Shown here: positions 10,513-19,749 of the stretch, piece after piece
How positions within the stretch are numbered: the stretch's first letter is position 1
Layout of the letters: each line of letters begins with the position of its first letter
Origin: Anaerolineales bacterium
GTDB taxonomy: Bacteria > Chloroflexota > Anaerolineae > Anaerolineales > E44-bin32
DNA: 64,000 bases
Assembly (NCBI GenBank): GCA_029210945.1
Contig: JARGGH010000004.1
Coordinates: 50,454-114,453, forward strand
Direction: 5' to 3'
Translations under genes and position numbers: made by a program
The notes under the pieces: generated by a model
What the model was told of the DNA's origin: nothing
The model's database searches: none
What the model saw: only the letters and a program-made list of their open reading frames with translations

Positions 10513-11490
10513 ATGAGACGCACATCGGCCTGCATGAAATCGGAACAATGGGGAACACCAACCCGTTCACGATGTCTGAGCCCGCTGCGGGCCTGGCTGC
10601 TCATCCCGGTATTGCTGCTGGGATCCTGCGCGCAACCAGCGACCTCCGGCCAGAACCCGGAGGTCCCCACAAGCACCCAATTCGAGCCGACCGCTGAGGC
10701 GCCCGCCCCTGTAAACACCCTGACGCCAACCGCCGCCCCATCGGCCGCAACGCCCACCTCTCAACAAGATCAAGGATGCAGTGCAGAGGGCGGCACGATC
10801 GAAAGTCTGGTCGTTCAAAATTCCGAACTCTTCCGCGCCATGCCGGTGCGTGTGTATCTCCCGCCGTGCTACGCTGAGGGCCAGAGCCACAGCTATCCGA
10901 CGCTCTACCTGCTGCACGGGCTGCAATCGACGGACGACCAGTGGGATGAGCTCGGCATCGATGAAGCGGCTGATCGATTGATCTCCTCCGGCTCCCTGCC
11001 CCCGTTCATCATCGTCATGCCCTGGCACCGCACCGGGATCGATCTCACCACCGCCGTCCCCAAGGTCCTTGTTCCTTACATCGATTCGAACTTCGATACT
11101 CGTGCGAATCGCCGGCATCGTGCTGTCGGCGGTTTGTCCAGAGGCGGGGGGCAGGCTCTCGAGATCGGGCTGAACTATCCTGAACTGTTTGGCGCCGTGG
11201 GAATGCACAGCCCGGCGGTGCCCCATACCGATGCGACTATTCTCGATTGGACCCTCAGGGTCCCGATTGATCTCCGGCCTCGCTTATGGATCGATATCGG
11301 CTACCGCGATTCGCTCCATCCGGCCGCTCGATCGCTGGTTGAGGAACTCCAGGGCAACGCGGTGCCTATCACGATCCAGTTCGATGAAGGCGACCATCTG
11401 GCGTCCTACTGGGAGAGCCATCTCGAAGGCTATCTGCGCTGGTACGCACAGCAATGGGTACGAGCTTCATTCGAAGATACAGATTATTGA
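10513..11490 (+). CDS. putative esterase / alpha-beta hydrolase lipoprotein (esterase D/enterochelin-esterase-like family)
   Basis: Lipoprotein signal (LLLGSCAQ) and the PTLYLLHGL...DDQW motif, with a GGLSRGGGQAL nucleophile-elbow-like segment. Confidence 0.65.
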   Translation: MRRTSACMKSEQWGTPTRSRCLSPLRAWLLIPVLLLGSCAQPATSGQNPEVPTSTQFEPTAEAPAPVNTLTPTAAPSAATPTSQQDQGCSAEGGTIESLVVQNSELFRAMPVRVYLPPCYAEGQSHSYPTLYLLHGLQSTDDQWDELGIDEAADRLISSGSLPPFIIVMPWHRTGIDLTTAVPKVLVPYIDSNFDTRANRRHRAVGGLSRGGGQALEIGLNYPELFGAVGMHSPAVPHTDATILDWTLRVPIDLRPRLWIDIGYRDSLHPAARSLVEELQGNAVPITIQFDEGDHLASYWESHLEGYLRWYAQQWVRASFEDTDY

Positions 11491-11568
11491 ACTCGCATCA
11501 TAAGGCAGTTTTTCTTATCAAGAAGAAAGATCGACCGCGCCGGTCTCGTCCCACGGCCGGTTTAAATC

Positions 11569-11613
11569 CCGAACCCGTGCCTTGTGCTGCCATCACAATG
11601 CACGGGTTCGGGG
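11569..11613. repeat. 13-bp perfect inverted repeat (cccgaacccgtgc ... gcacgggttcggg) with a 19-nt loop; possible bidirectional terminator between the convergent esterase and tsaC genes
   Basis: Seen directly in the sequence. It lacks a clear U-tract on either side. Confidence 0.35.
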
Positions 11614-11689
11614 AGGAGAATGCAACTTTAATTATGCATCTCCGCATGAGAGGAACCTGAGCGTTCGCTTAACGTTTGATTAATAAGCC

Positions 11690-12361
11690 TCAGCTGCGGT
11701 CCAGCAGAGAAAAAATATCTTCAGGTGGGATCGGTCCTTCCCTCAACACCCTCGGCGGCTTTCTCGTGCAGTCGAGGACGGTGGATGGGTGCCCGCCGGG
11801 CGTCACACCACCATCGATGATCAGGTCAATCGAGCCTCTCAGCAAATGCGCAACCTGCGCCGGATCGTTCGCCTCCCGGGCTCCAGAGGGGTTCGCCGAG
11901 GTCACTGCGAGCGGTCCGGCAGCCTGCAGCAGCTCAAGCGCCACCGGATGGTCGGGGATGCGCACGCCGATCGTCCCGGTGCTGCTGACAATCGATGGTA
12001 CCGAAGCCTGCTTCTCCAGCACAAGCGTGAGTGCCCCGGGCCAGAATGCGTTAAGCAGCGCCTCCACCCAGCCAGGGACATTCTTCGCCACCCGATCGAG
12101 ATCACCTCTGGATCCAAACAGGATGGGGATCGCCTTCTCGATCGGACGCTCTTTCGCCTGATAAAGTCTTGCGACCGCTCCGGGCTGGAAGGGATCCGAT
12201 CCAATTCCGTAGACTGTGTCGGTGGGGAAGGCGACCACTCCGCCATCCGCAATCGTATCCACGGCACGTGTCAGCCAATGCTGGTCACCGGCGGATACGA
12301 TCTCGGTCTTCATAAACTCAAGCCTCCCTTTCAACGACGAGCACGCGGTCCAGACCTGCAA
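11690..12361 (-). CDS. tsaC: L-threonylcarbamoyladenylate synthase (YrdC/Sua5 family, short TsaC form)
   Basis: VVAFPTDTVYGIGSDPF and ...KERPIEKAIPILF motifs. Downstream of prmC in the minus-strand operon. Confidence 0.8.
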   Translation of the reverse strand: MQVWTACSSLKGRLEFMKTEIVSAGDQHWLTRAVDTIADGGVVAFPTDTVYGIGSDPFQPGAVARLYQAKERPIEKAIPILFGSRGDLDRVAKNVPGWVEALLNAFWPGALTLVLEKQASVPSIVSSTGTIGVRIPDHPVALELLQAAGPLAVTSANPSGAREANDPAQVAHLLRGSIDLIIDGGVTPGGHPSTVLDCTRKPPRVLREGPIPPEDIFSLLDRS

Positions 12362-13172
12362 GGTCTTTGTGGACCGCCGCCGGCCAATCGGGATGGAGCC
12401 TTTTCATCAACTCGATCACACGATCCCCCTGCGATTCATCGATCTCCAGGATCAGGCACCCGCCGGGCGCCAGGCATCTACCCGCATCCTGCAGCAAGCG
12501 CGAGATAAAGATCAGACCTTCCCCGCCTCCATCCAGCGCGATGTGCGGTTCGCGCTTGGCGACCTCCAATGAGCTTAATCGATCGCTTGGGATGTAGGGA
12601 AGGTTAGCACAGATCAGATCGAACGCACCCGAGATCGCGTTAAGCAAATCGCCCATCATAAAATTGACGAGATGTTCGACCCCATGTGTCTCAGCGTTCC
12701 GGCGGGCGATCCTGACCGCCTGGTGTGACCGGTCGATCGCGACCATCTGCAGATCGGGCGCCTCCGCGCAGAGGGTCACCGCGATGCACCCCGAACCTGT
12801 TCCAATATCGACTGCCCGCCTCCGATCCGGATTCGCACGCAGATAGTCGAGGGCTGTCTCAACCAAGAGCTCGGTCTCAGGGCGTGGAATGAGCACAGCT
12901 GGCTCAACAGAAAACGAACGCCCATAAAACCAGCGTTCACCGATTAGATACGGCAAGGCCTCTCCTTCCGCGGCGCGGGCGACAAGCCGGTCGAATTCCT
13001 GTATCGCGCGTTCGTCAAGCTGAACTTCCGGGTAGGCAAGCAGCCATGATCGTTCGCGATTGAGAACGTGGGAAAGTAAAACCTGGGCATCCAGATAGGG
13101 ATTCTCGGAGACGGCGCGCAGTTTCTGCGCTGCGGATTGGAGTGCTTGGTCCAGCCGGATCGGTCCAGCCAC
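12318..13172 (-). CDS. prmC: release factor glutamine N5-methyltransferase PrmC (HemK)
   Basis: SAM-binding DIGTGSGCIA and the catalytic NLPYIPS (NPPY-type) motif. Confidence 0.85.
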   Translation of the reverse strand: MAGPIRLDQALQSAAQKLRAVSENPYLDAQVLLSHVLNRERSWLLAYPEVQLDERAIQEFDRLVARAAEGEALPYLIGERWFYGRSFSVEPAVLIPRPETELLVETALDYLRANPDRRRAVDIGTGSGCIAVTLCAEAPDLQMVAIDRSHQAVRIARRNAETHGVEHLVNFMMGDLLNAISGAFDLICANLPYIPSDRLSSLEVAKREPHIALDGGGEGLIFISRLLQDAGRCLAPGGCLILEIDESQGDRVIELMKRLHPDWPAAVHKDLAGLDRVLVVEREA

Positions 13173-13173
13173 C

Positions 13174-14235
13174 TTATTCGCCTATGGCTTGCAGCCTCTC
13201 GGCTTCTTCCTGTGTAGCGAGCTCGTCAATGAACTCGTCCAGCTCACCATCGAGAACAACCGGCAGGTTGTGGGAGGTCATGCCAATTCGATGATCGGTA
13301 ACCCGGGATTGGGGGAAGTTGTAGGTCCGAATTTTCTCAGAGCGCTCGCCGGTACCCACCTGGGCACGGCGGCTGGCATCTTCGAGCTCATTTTGTTCAC
13401 GGACCGCAATCTCGTAAAGCCGGGCACGCAGGATGCTCATTGCGCGCATGCGGTTCTGGAGCTGTGAGCGTTCGTCCTGGCACTGCACAACCATGCCGGT
13501 GGGCAAATGGGTTAGACGCACCGCAGTCGAGTTTTTCTGCACGCTCTGCCCGCCGGCGCCACCGGAGCGGAAAACATCCATTTTGATGTCTCGTTCGGGG
13601 ATCTTAATTTCAACATCATCCGCTTCAGCAAGCACGGCGACCGTTGCGGTGGAAGTGTGGATGCGTCCCTGCGACTCTGTCTGCGGCACACGCTGGACAC
13701 GGTGAACGCCAGATTCGTACTTCAGGCGGGAAAACGCGCCGCGCCCTTCAACCCGGAAGGTGATCTCTTTGAACCCGCCAACGCCGGTGTCATTCTGTGA
13801 GAGCACCTCGGTCTTCCACCCCTGCTGTTCGGCATACCGGGCGTACATCCGGTATAGATCCGCAGCGAAGATTGTGGCTTCATCCCCCCCTGTGCCGGCG
13901 CGGATCTCGACGATAACGTTGCGGCGATCGCGCGGATCGCTGGGCAGCAACATGCGCTTGAGCTCTGCCTCACGTTTGTCAATCGAGGTTTCGAGCCGCT
14001 TGATCTCTTCTTGAGCCATCGCCTGCATTTCATCGTCGTCCGCGTCGAGCAGCTGCCTGGTTTGTTCCAGCTCCTCCTGCATCGAACAATATTCACGGAA
14101 TGTTTCGACGATCGGTTCGAGCTCGGCGCGCTCGCGCCCCAGCTCGGCGGCGCGTTGATAGTCCTCACCTACCTCGGTAAGTTCCTGACTGATCTCTTCG
14201 AAGCGCTCTTCGATACCCTTGAGTTTGTCTTCCAT
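13174..14235 (-). CDS. prfA: peptide chain release factor 1
   Basis: RF-1 family member with a GGQ motif region (SGGAGGQSVQKNSTAVRLTHLPTG) and a PxT-like tripeptide context. The prfA-prmC-tsaC order is conserved. Confidence 0.9.
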   Translation of the reverse strand: MEDKLKGIEERFEEISQELTEVGEDYQRAAELGRERAELEPIVETFREYCSMQEELEQTRQLLDADDDEMQAMAQEEIKRLETSIDKREAELKRMLLPSDPRDRRNVIVEIRAGTGGDEATIFAADLYRMYARYAEQQGWKTEVLSQNDTGVGGFKEITFRVEGRGAFSRLKYESGVHRVQRVPQTESQGRIHTSTATVAVLAEADDVEIKIPERDIKMDVFRSGGAGGQSVQKNSTAVRLTHLPTGMVVQCQDERSQLQNRMRAMSILRARLYEIAVREQNELEDASRRAQVGTGERSEKIRTYNFPQSRVTDHRIGMTSHNLPVVLDGELDEFIDELATQEEAERLQAIGE

Positions 14236-14387
14236 CGTTTACTCACACAATAATCTCCCACCAGGATCGGTGGGAGAACCGGGCTGATTATACCATGCAA
14301 GCGCCGGTCGGCTCGAATCGGGAACCTTTCTCCGGCCTCGAACGTCATGATGGTAAGAACGCATGCCGCGATCAAAAGGAGGCCATC

Positions 14388-16739
14388 ATGCGCACCTCAC
14401 GCCTGATATACCCGCTCGTACTGGCAGTTGTACTCACTCTTTCTCCGACGATGAGCGCCTCTGCGGATGGGATCATCATCCCGGAACCGCCCATTTGCCA
14501 GCCGGGGCCCTGCCCACATCCTGGGCCGATCACCCAACTGGCCATCGAGTACCACCACGTTGAGATCGAGATCGTCGACCAGGTTGCGACGACACGCGTC
14601 GACCAGGTCTTCCGCAATGACAATGATTGGACGGTGGAGGGCACATATATCTTCCCGATTCCGCGCGAGGCGGCAGTCGATGCGTTCACCTTATGGATCG
14701 ACGGTGAGCCCGTGGAAGGCGAAATCCTCGATCGGGATGAAGCGCGTGGTATCTACGAAGAGATTGTTCGCACGATGCGTGATCCGGCGCTGCTGGAGTA
14801 CGTCGATCGGCAAGCCGTCCAGGCTTCGATCTTTCCAATTCCGCCCGGTGGCGAACGCCGTATCCAGCTTCAGTACAGTCAGGTGCTGCCGGCCGACAAC
14901 GGGCTGATCCACTATCGCTACCCGCTCAACACGGAGAAATTCTCAACCGAGCCGCTGGAGAGCGTCATCATCAGCGTTTCAGTCGAATCGAACGCGCCCG
15001 TACGGACGGTTTACTCGCCTTCGCATGAGATCGCCGTCGACCGGCAAGGTCAGTTCGCTTTCAAAGCCGGCTACGAAGATTCGTTTGTCAAACCCGATCA
15101 AGACTTCGACCTGTTTTATACCCTCTCACCGGAAGAGATCGGTCTAAACCTGATGACCTACCGCGATCCCGAAGGCGACGACCCCGATGGGTTTTTCTTG
15201 CTGCTCGCCGCGCCCAGTGTGGAGGTCAGCGCGCAGCAGAGCATCGCCAAGGATGTCCTGGTCGTGCTGGACAAGTCCGGGAGCATGGACGGCGAGAAGT
15301 TCCGCCAGGCGCAGGATGCGCTGCGCTACATCCTCGAGAATCTCAACCCGGATGATCGCTTCAACCTGATCTCTTTCAGCACAGACGTCGTCGCATTTTC
15401 GCCAGAGATCCAACCCGCTGACGAAGCGGCGGAGGCGATCCGTTGGTCGCAATCGCTCGCCGCGGTCGGTTCAACCGACATCCACCGCGCCTTGATGGAA
15501 GCGATCGAAATGGCCAGCTCTACCCGGCCGACTATCCTGATCTTCCTGACCGACGGCCTTCCGACAGAAGGCGTCACGGACACACAGCGTATCCTGCAGG
15601 ACGTCGACAGCGCTGCCGGTGATCAGATCCGCCTGTTCAATTTCGGCGTGGGTTACGATGTCGATACCTATCTGCTGGACTCACTCGCCCAGAAAAATCG
15701 CGGCACGACGACGTACGTCACCCCGGATCAGGCCATCGATGAGGCTGTCTCGGGGTTCTTTGCCAAGGTTAACCTTCCGGTCCTCACCGATATCGAGTTG
15801 TCCTACGGCGAGGTGATCACCTTCGATACCTACCCCCAGGAGCTCCCCGACCTCTTCTCAGGCAGTCAGTTGATCGTCGTCGGACGCTACCGGAGTTCGG
15901 GCGTTGAAGATGTCGTCCTGCGCGGGGAGGTCGACGGGCAGAGGACGAGCTACCGCTACGAAGACCAGCGCTTCCGCTCTTCCGGAGGACCCGACTTCCT
16001 GCCCCGTCTCTGGGCGACCCGCAAGATCGGCGCGCTGCTCAACCAGGTGCGCTTGAACGGACCGGACGAGGAGACGATCGACCAGATCGTGCGTCTGAGC
16101 ATCAGGTATGGGATCGTGACGCCTTACACATCCTATCTCGTCACCGAACCGGACGCGATCGGTTTCCAGGCCCAGGATGAGATCGGCGATCAGGTCTTCG
16201 AGTTCATGAGTGAGGCGCCGATGGCGGTCACCGGTGAAGACGCGGTCGGGCGGGCAGCCGCCGAGTCCGATTTCCGGGAGGCAGAAGTCGCACCTTCGTT
16301 GGATAAAGACAGCGCGGAGGTAATCCGCTTCGCCGGGACGCACACCTTCAAGTGGATCGACGGTGTGTGGGTTGACACCGCGTTCGATCCCGAGAGCATG
16401 GAGACCTTGAAAGTGCCGTTCCTTTCTGATGATTACTTTGCGTTGGCAGCCAGCCAGAAGGAAATCGGCGCGGCGCTGGCGCTCGGGTCGCGGGTGATCG
16501 TGGTAGGAGACGGATTCGTCTATGAAATCGTCGACGAGAGCGAGGACGGTGACCGGCTGGTCCTGCCATCCCCAGAGCAAGAAGGCGAAGCGGAGATCGA
16601 GGGGGCTGTGCCGTCCGAACCAGCGGCCTCAGAAAACCTTGAAGATGGACGGGGCCTTAATATTCCCTGCTTCGGAGCCAGTATGCTCAGCTTGCTTCCG
16701 GTCGCTATAATTGGCTATCGGAAAATCAATCGAGGTTAG
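14388..16739 (+). CDS. secreted VIT (vault inter-alpha-trypsin) + von Willebrand factor A domain protein with a C-terminal hydrophobic/basic tail (possible cell-surface sorting signal)
   Basis: RBS aaaggagg 6 nt upstream of the ATG at 14388, then signal peptide MRTSRLIYPLVLAVVLTLSPTMSASA. VIT region (YHHVEIEIVDQVATTRV...). vWA MIDAS motif DKSGSMDG. The C-terminus ends in ...SMLSLLPVAIIGYRKINRG. The track ORF begins upstream at 14295. Confidence 0.8.
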   Translation: MRTSRLIYPLVLAVVLTLSPTMSASADGIIIPEPPICQPGPCPHPGPITQLAIEYHHVEIEIVDQVATTRVDQVFRNDNDWTVEGTYIFPIPREAAVDAFTLWIDGEPVEGEILDRDEARGIYEEIVRTMRDPALLEYVDRQAVQASIFPIPPGGERRIQLQYSQVLPADNGLIHYRYPLNTEKFSTEPLESVIISVSVESNAPVRTVYSPSHEIAVDRQGQFAFKAGYEDSFVKPDQDFDLFYTLSPEEIGLNLMTYRDPEGDDPDGFFLLLAAPSVEVSAQQSIAKDVLVVLDKSGSMDGEKFRQAQDALRYILENLNPDDRFNLISFSTDVVAFSPEIQPADEAAEAIRWSQSLAAVGSTDIHRALMEAIEMASSTRPTILIFLTDGLPTEGVTDTQRILQDVDSAAGDQIRLFNFGVGYDVDTYLLDSLAQKNRGTTTYVTPDQAIDEAVSGFFAKVNLPVLTDIELSYGEVITFDTYPQELPDLFSGSQLIVVGRYRSSGVEDVVLRGEVDGQRTSYRYEDQRFRSSGGPDFLPRLWATRKIGALLNQVRLNGPDEETIDQIVRLSIRYGIVTPYTSYLVTEPDAIGFQAQDEIGDQVFEFMSEAPMAVTGEDAVGRAAAESDFREAEVAPSLDKDSAEVIRFAGTHTFKWIDGVWVDTAFDPESMETLKVPFLSDDYFALAASQKEIGAALALGSRVIVVGDGFVYEIVDESEDGDRLVLPSPEQEGEAEIEGAVPSEPAASENLEDGRGLNIPCFGASMLSLLPVAIIGYRKINRG

Positions 16740-16766
16740 ACTGCTTGAAAGCACGTCAGTCGAAGG

Positions 16767-16796
16767 AGCCAGCTGAATCGCTGGCTTTTCCGATTT
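16767..16796 (+). terminator. rho-independent terminator after the VIT-vWA gene
   Basis: Hairpin agccagc-tgaatc-gctggct followed by TTTTCCGATTTT. Confidence 0.55.
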
Positions 16797-16850
16797 TCCC
16801 TGGACTTATGCTTAATCCTCGCGTCTCACTCCAGATAGGCAGGTACGTGA

Positions 16851-17720
16851 CTAGTCGCAATTTATTTCCGATGCCAACGTATACGCAAACGGGCCTGTCC
16901 AACTGGTTTGATTTCCGGCATTATCCTTTACCCTGAAGAATATATTGAAGGATTCTTTCTCAGAAACATCGCTGACCTCTATTGTTCCGGAGAAAGAACC
17001 GACCCAATTTGCACCGGCATCATACGAACCTGTACCAGAAAATGTAAAGTAATTATACGGCCCGGGTGTCCCACTTACGATCGAGTGCTTTGCTTCGACG
17101 CTGTCGACTCCATCGGAGTATGCAGGGTCTTTTACATCAACACTGAGAAGAATATCGCATTGATCCAGGTCAGGTCCTGGACTTGGGCTAAGTGATGTGG
17201 CTAGGATAACAGGATCTTTCGTGTCCGTTATCGCCGTCGGGGGTTTGGGTGTTTTTGTCGGCGCTGGAGGGCTCGTCTTCGTCGCAGACGGTTGAGGCGT
17301 CTTCGTCGCTGTCGGACGTGGGGTGTTTGTCGATGTGGATGTGGGCATCGGCGTACTTGTCGGAGTGGCGGTCTCGGTCGGGGTCGCCGTGAGCGGCGGG
17401 TTCCCCTCGTAGTCGAACGCTGTCGCCGTCGGCACGGAGCCTTCCATGACGACCTTCATCACGTTCTCCCGCTGGGACGCTTCTTTATCGCCGATTCCCA
17501 TATCGCGCAGCACATCCCCGATGATCGAAACCCGGAAGGCGCCCAGCGAGGCGGCTGTCTCCCCATAACGATAATCCGCCGAGAGGTTTGAGCGGATCAC
17601 CCAGGAAAACGGGAACCCGCCGGCCGAAGCGGGCATCAGCACAAGTGCGGCAGCGGCGACCAGCGCCAAGACGGCGATCAAGATCCCGAACCACGTCAAC
17701 CAATTCCGGCGGTCTTTCAT
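16851..17720 (-). CDS. membrane-anchored protein with Pro/Thr-rich linker and a C-terminal globular domain of lower GC
   Basis: N-terminal TM helix (LTWFGILIAVLALVAAAALVLM), a long PT-rich spacer (TATPTETATPTSTPMPTSTSTNTPRPTATKTPQP...), and a C-terminal ~130-aa domain encoded by ~45% GC DNA. Its ATG overlaps the stop of the cyclase gene (ATGA), implying translational coupling. Confidence 0.6.
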   Translation of the reverse strand: MKDRRNWLTWFGILIAVLALVAAAALVLMPASAGGFPFSWVIRSNLSADYRYGETAASLGAFRVSIIGDVLRDMGIGDKEASQRENVMKVVMEGSVPTATAFDYEGNPPLTATPTETATPTSTPMPTSTSTNTPRPTATKTPQPSATKTSPPAPTKTPKPPTAITDTKDPVILATSLSPSPGPDLDQCDILLSVDVKDPAYSDGVDSVEAKHSIVSGTPGPYNYFTFSGTGSYDAGANWVGSFSGTIEVSDVSEKESFNIFFRVKDNAGNQTSWTGPFAYTLASEINCD

Positions 17721-19624
17721 GATCGTTCTCCTTCAAGGTACAGGTCGGAACAATCGACGAGTTTAAATTCTCTGCCTTCCACCTCGTAAACGCCGATCTC
17801 CCGATCTTCGATCTCCGTCGAGATCTGCCCGTAGCGGCCGAATTTAAAATGCGCTCGGGCCTGGTTCAGATACCGATAAGTCCCATCATCGACGAGCACC
17901 GCCCCACCCCGCACACTCCGCGTGGCCTGTCCAATCCTGCGGGCGATGTTCACCGTCTTGCCGATGAACGTGTAGTACGAATGATCATCGCCACCGATCT
18001 CACCCGCCGCAACCCACCCAGTAGAAATGCCAACACCCAGATCGAGCGGGGGTTTGCCAACCGCCGTGCGGAACTCGTTGTGCTCGTGCACGAATTCCAG
18101 CGCCTCGAGCGCGGCGTGGGTCGCCTGCATCGAGCTGACCGGCATCGAGACCAATTTCGGCGAGACTCCAAAATGGATCCTGAATTCATCGCCGGAAACG
18201 GCCTCGACCTGCCCGTGGTGCCGGTCGATGATCTCGAGCAGCACACGATGCACGCGGTTGACCGATTCGATGACGGTCGCCGCATCGCCAGCCGCGCCAT
18301 CCATGACCAGGCCGCCAATGAAGATGTGCGCCACGCTGACCTTGACCATTTGCCCCCGCACGGCTGCCTGGCCGCTGGTGAGCGTGCGCCGCACCGACCG
18401 TGCGGGAGCAAACCCGTCACCCTGGGTGTGAATCCCATCCGCCATGCGGTAGAGCGTCTTGGCCAGCGTACCGATCTCATCACGCCGGGTCTCGGGCACC
18501 GGTCGCTGGGTAGGCAGCAACAGCGTATCCTGGGCCGCAGCGGTGAGCTCCTCAATCGGACGGGTGACCCAGTTCGATACCAGCAAACCGGTGCCCAGAA
18601 TCAGCACCAGCGCCAGCCCTCCGAATATCAACACATTGCGCATCTGCTCGTTCGATGATGCTGCAATCGTCTCCTCGAACTCGCCCCCGAGCAGCGAGAT
18701 GCCGAAAAGCCCCAGATCGACGCTCTGGTTGCGCACCCGGAATGGCGAGAGCACCTCCCCGTAGGTCTGTCCGGCGAGCTGGATCGTTCGATACGGCGCC
18801 CCGGAGGAATCCGGTTGGTAGGCAGCCTCGATAAGTTGTGGCGAGAGCGCCAGCGAGTTCGTTTCGGTCCCGCGCAGCTCCAGATCCGTCGCCACAAACT
18901 GACCCGTGTCGTGATCGTACACGCTGACATGTGCAGCGCCGATCCGGGCCAATTGTTCGAGCAAATTATCAAGGTACACACCGACGAGAACCGCGCCCAG
19001 CACGGTCCCCTGCTCGTCGTAAATTGGCCCTCCGACAAATACGATCCGGTATTCGTCCTCACCGATGAAAATCGTTTCCATCCCAGCCTGCTTCGCACCG
19101 ATCTCGTCCTCGTCGAGCGGGAGGTCTCCCAATTGCAGCAGCTTCTGAACGGCTTCCCATTCCCGGTAGTAGCCCTCGCCGCGTAATGCGATCAGGTCAC
19201 CCGGGGCGGGATCGGGGCCAGGTTTCCTCAGCGCAAGCAGGCTTGTCCCTTCCCGGTCCAGAACGACCGCCACGTCGACGTCGCTGTTGATCACGATCTG
19301 CAGGATGCGTGACCTCAGCGTCTCCGCATCACTGAGTGCGGCCGCTTCTGGCACGCCCTCCGTATTGGCGATCGCACGTTCGATCTCGAGCAGCCGGCTC
19401 TCGACGCGCACAACTTCATCGACCACCTGCTGGCCGCTATCCCGCAGCTGGCGCAGGAAGCGCAGTTCGTCCGCCTCGCCCTGCTGCCGCATGAGCAAGA
19501 TCGATAAGCCCGCGATCAACAACAGGGCGAGCGTGATGAATGGAAGGATGATCTTCCAGCGCAAGCTGAAAATGAAATGCGGCCCTTGCTCGCCTTCGTA
19601 TTCGTACGCGCTGTCGTTCTCCAT
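17717..19624 (-). CDS. membrane-bound class III adenylate/guanylate cyclase with extracytoplasmic sensor region and HAMP domain
   Basis: Two TM helices flank a ~300-aa periplasmic region. A HAMP-like segment follows (TRPIEELTAAAQDTL...), then a CYCc domain (FGVSPKL...GVGISTGWVAAGEIG...FIGKTVNIARRI). Confidence 0.8.
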   Translation of the reverse strand: MENDSAYEYEGEQGPHFIFSLRWKIILPFITLALLLIAGLSILLMRQQGEADELRFLRQLRDSGQQVVDEVVRVESRLLEIERAIANTEGVPEAAALSDAETLRSRILQIVINSDVDVAVVLDREGTSLLALRKPGPDPAPGDLIALRGEGYYREWEAVQKLLQLGDLPLDEDEIGAKQAGMETIFIGEDEYRIVFVGGPIYDEQGTVLGAVLVGVYLDNLLEQLARIGAAHVSVYDHDTGQFVATDLELRGTETNSLALSPQLIEAAYQPDSSGAPYRTIQLAGQTYGEVLSPFRVRNQSVDLGLFGISLLGGEFEETIAASSNEQMRNVLIFGGLALVLILGTGLLVSNWVTRPIEELTAAAQDTLLLPTQRPVPETRRDEIGTLAKTLYRMADGIHTQGDGFAPARSVRRTLTSGQAAVRGQMVKVSVAHIFIGGLVMDGAAGDAATVIESVNRVHRVLLEIIDRHHGQVEAVSGDEFRIHFGVSPKLVSMPVSSMQATHAALEALEFVHEHNEFRTAVGKPPLDLGVGISTGWVAAGEIGGDDHSYYTFIGKTVNIARRIGQATRSVRGGAVLVDDGTYRYLNQARAHFKFGRYGQISTEIEDREIGVYEVEGREFKLVDCSDLYLEGERS

Positions 19625-19749
19625 GATTCCCTGCTCAAGTTGCCATCATTGCGATGTTTAAACGTCAGAATACCCCTCGCATCACACCATACAAAGGGAT
19701 TTTGATTAATACTATAGGCTTTCCAGGCCAGTGAAGACTTTACAGTATC

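Noticed and set aside
17230-17420. Apparent nucleotide repeats (acgcc/gacaa-rich)
   Set aside because: They are the DNA image of a Pro/Thr-rich low-complexity linker inside a CDS, not a repeat element or CRISPR array.
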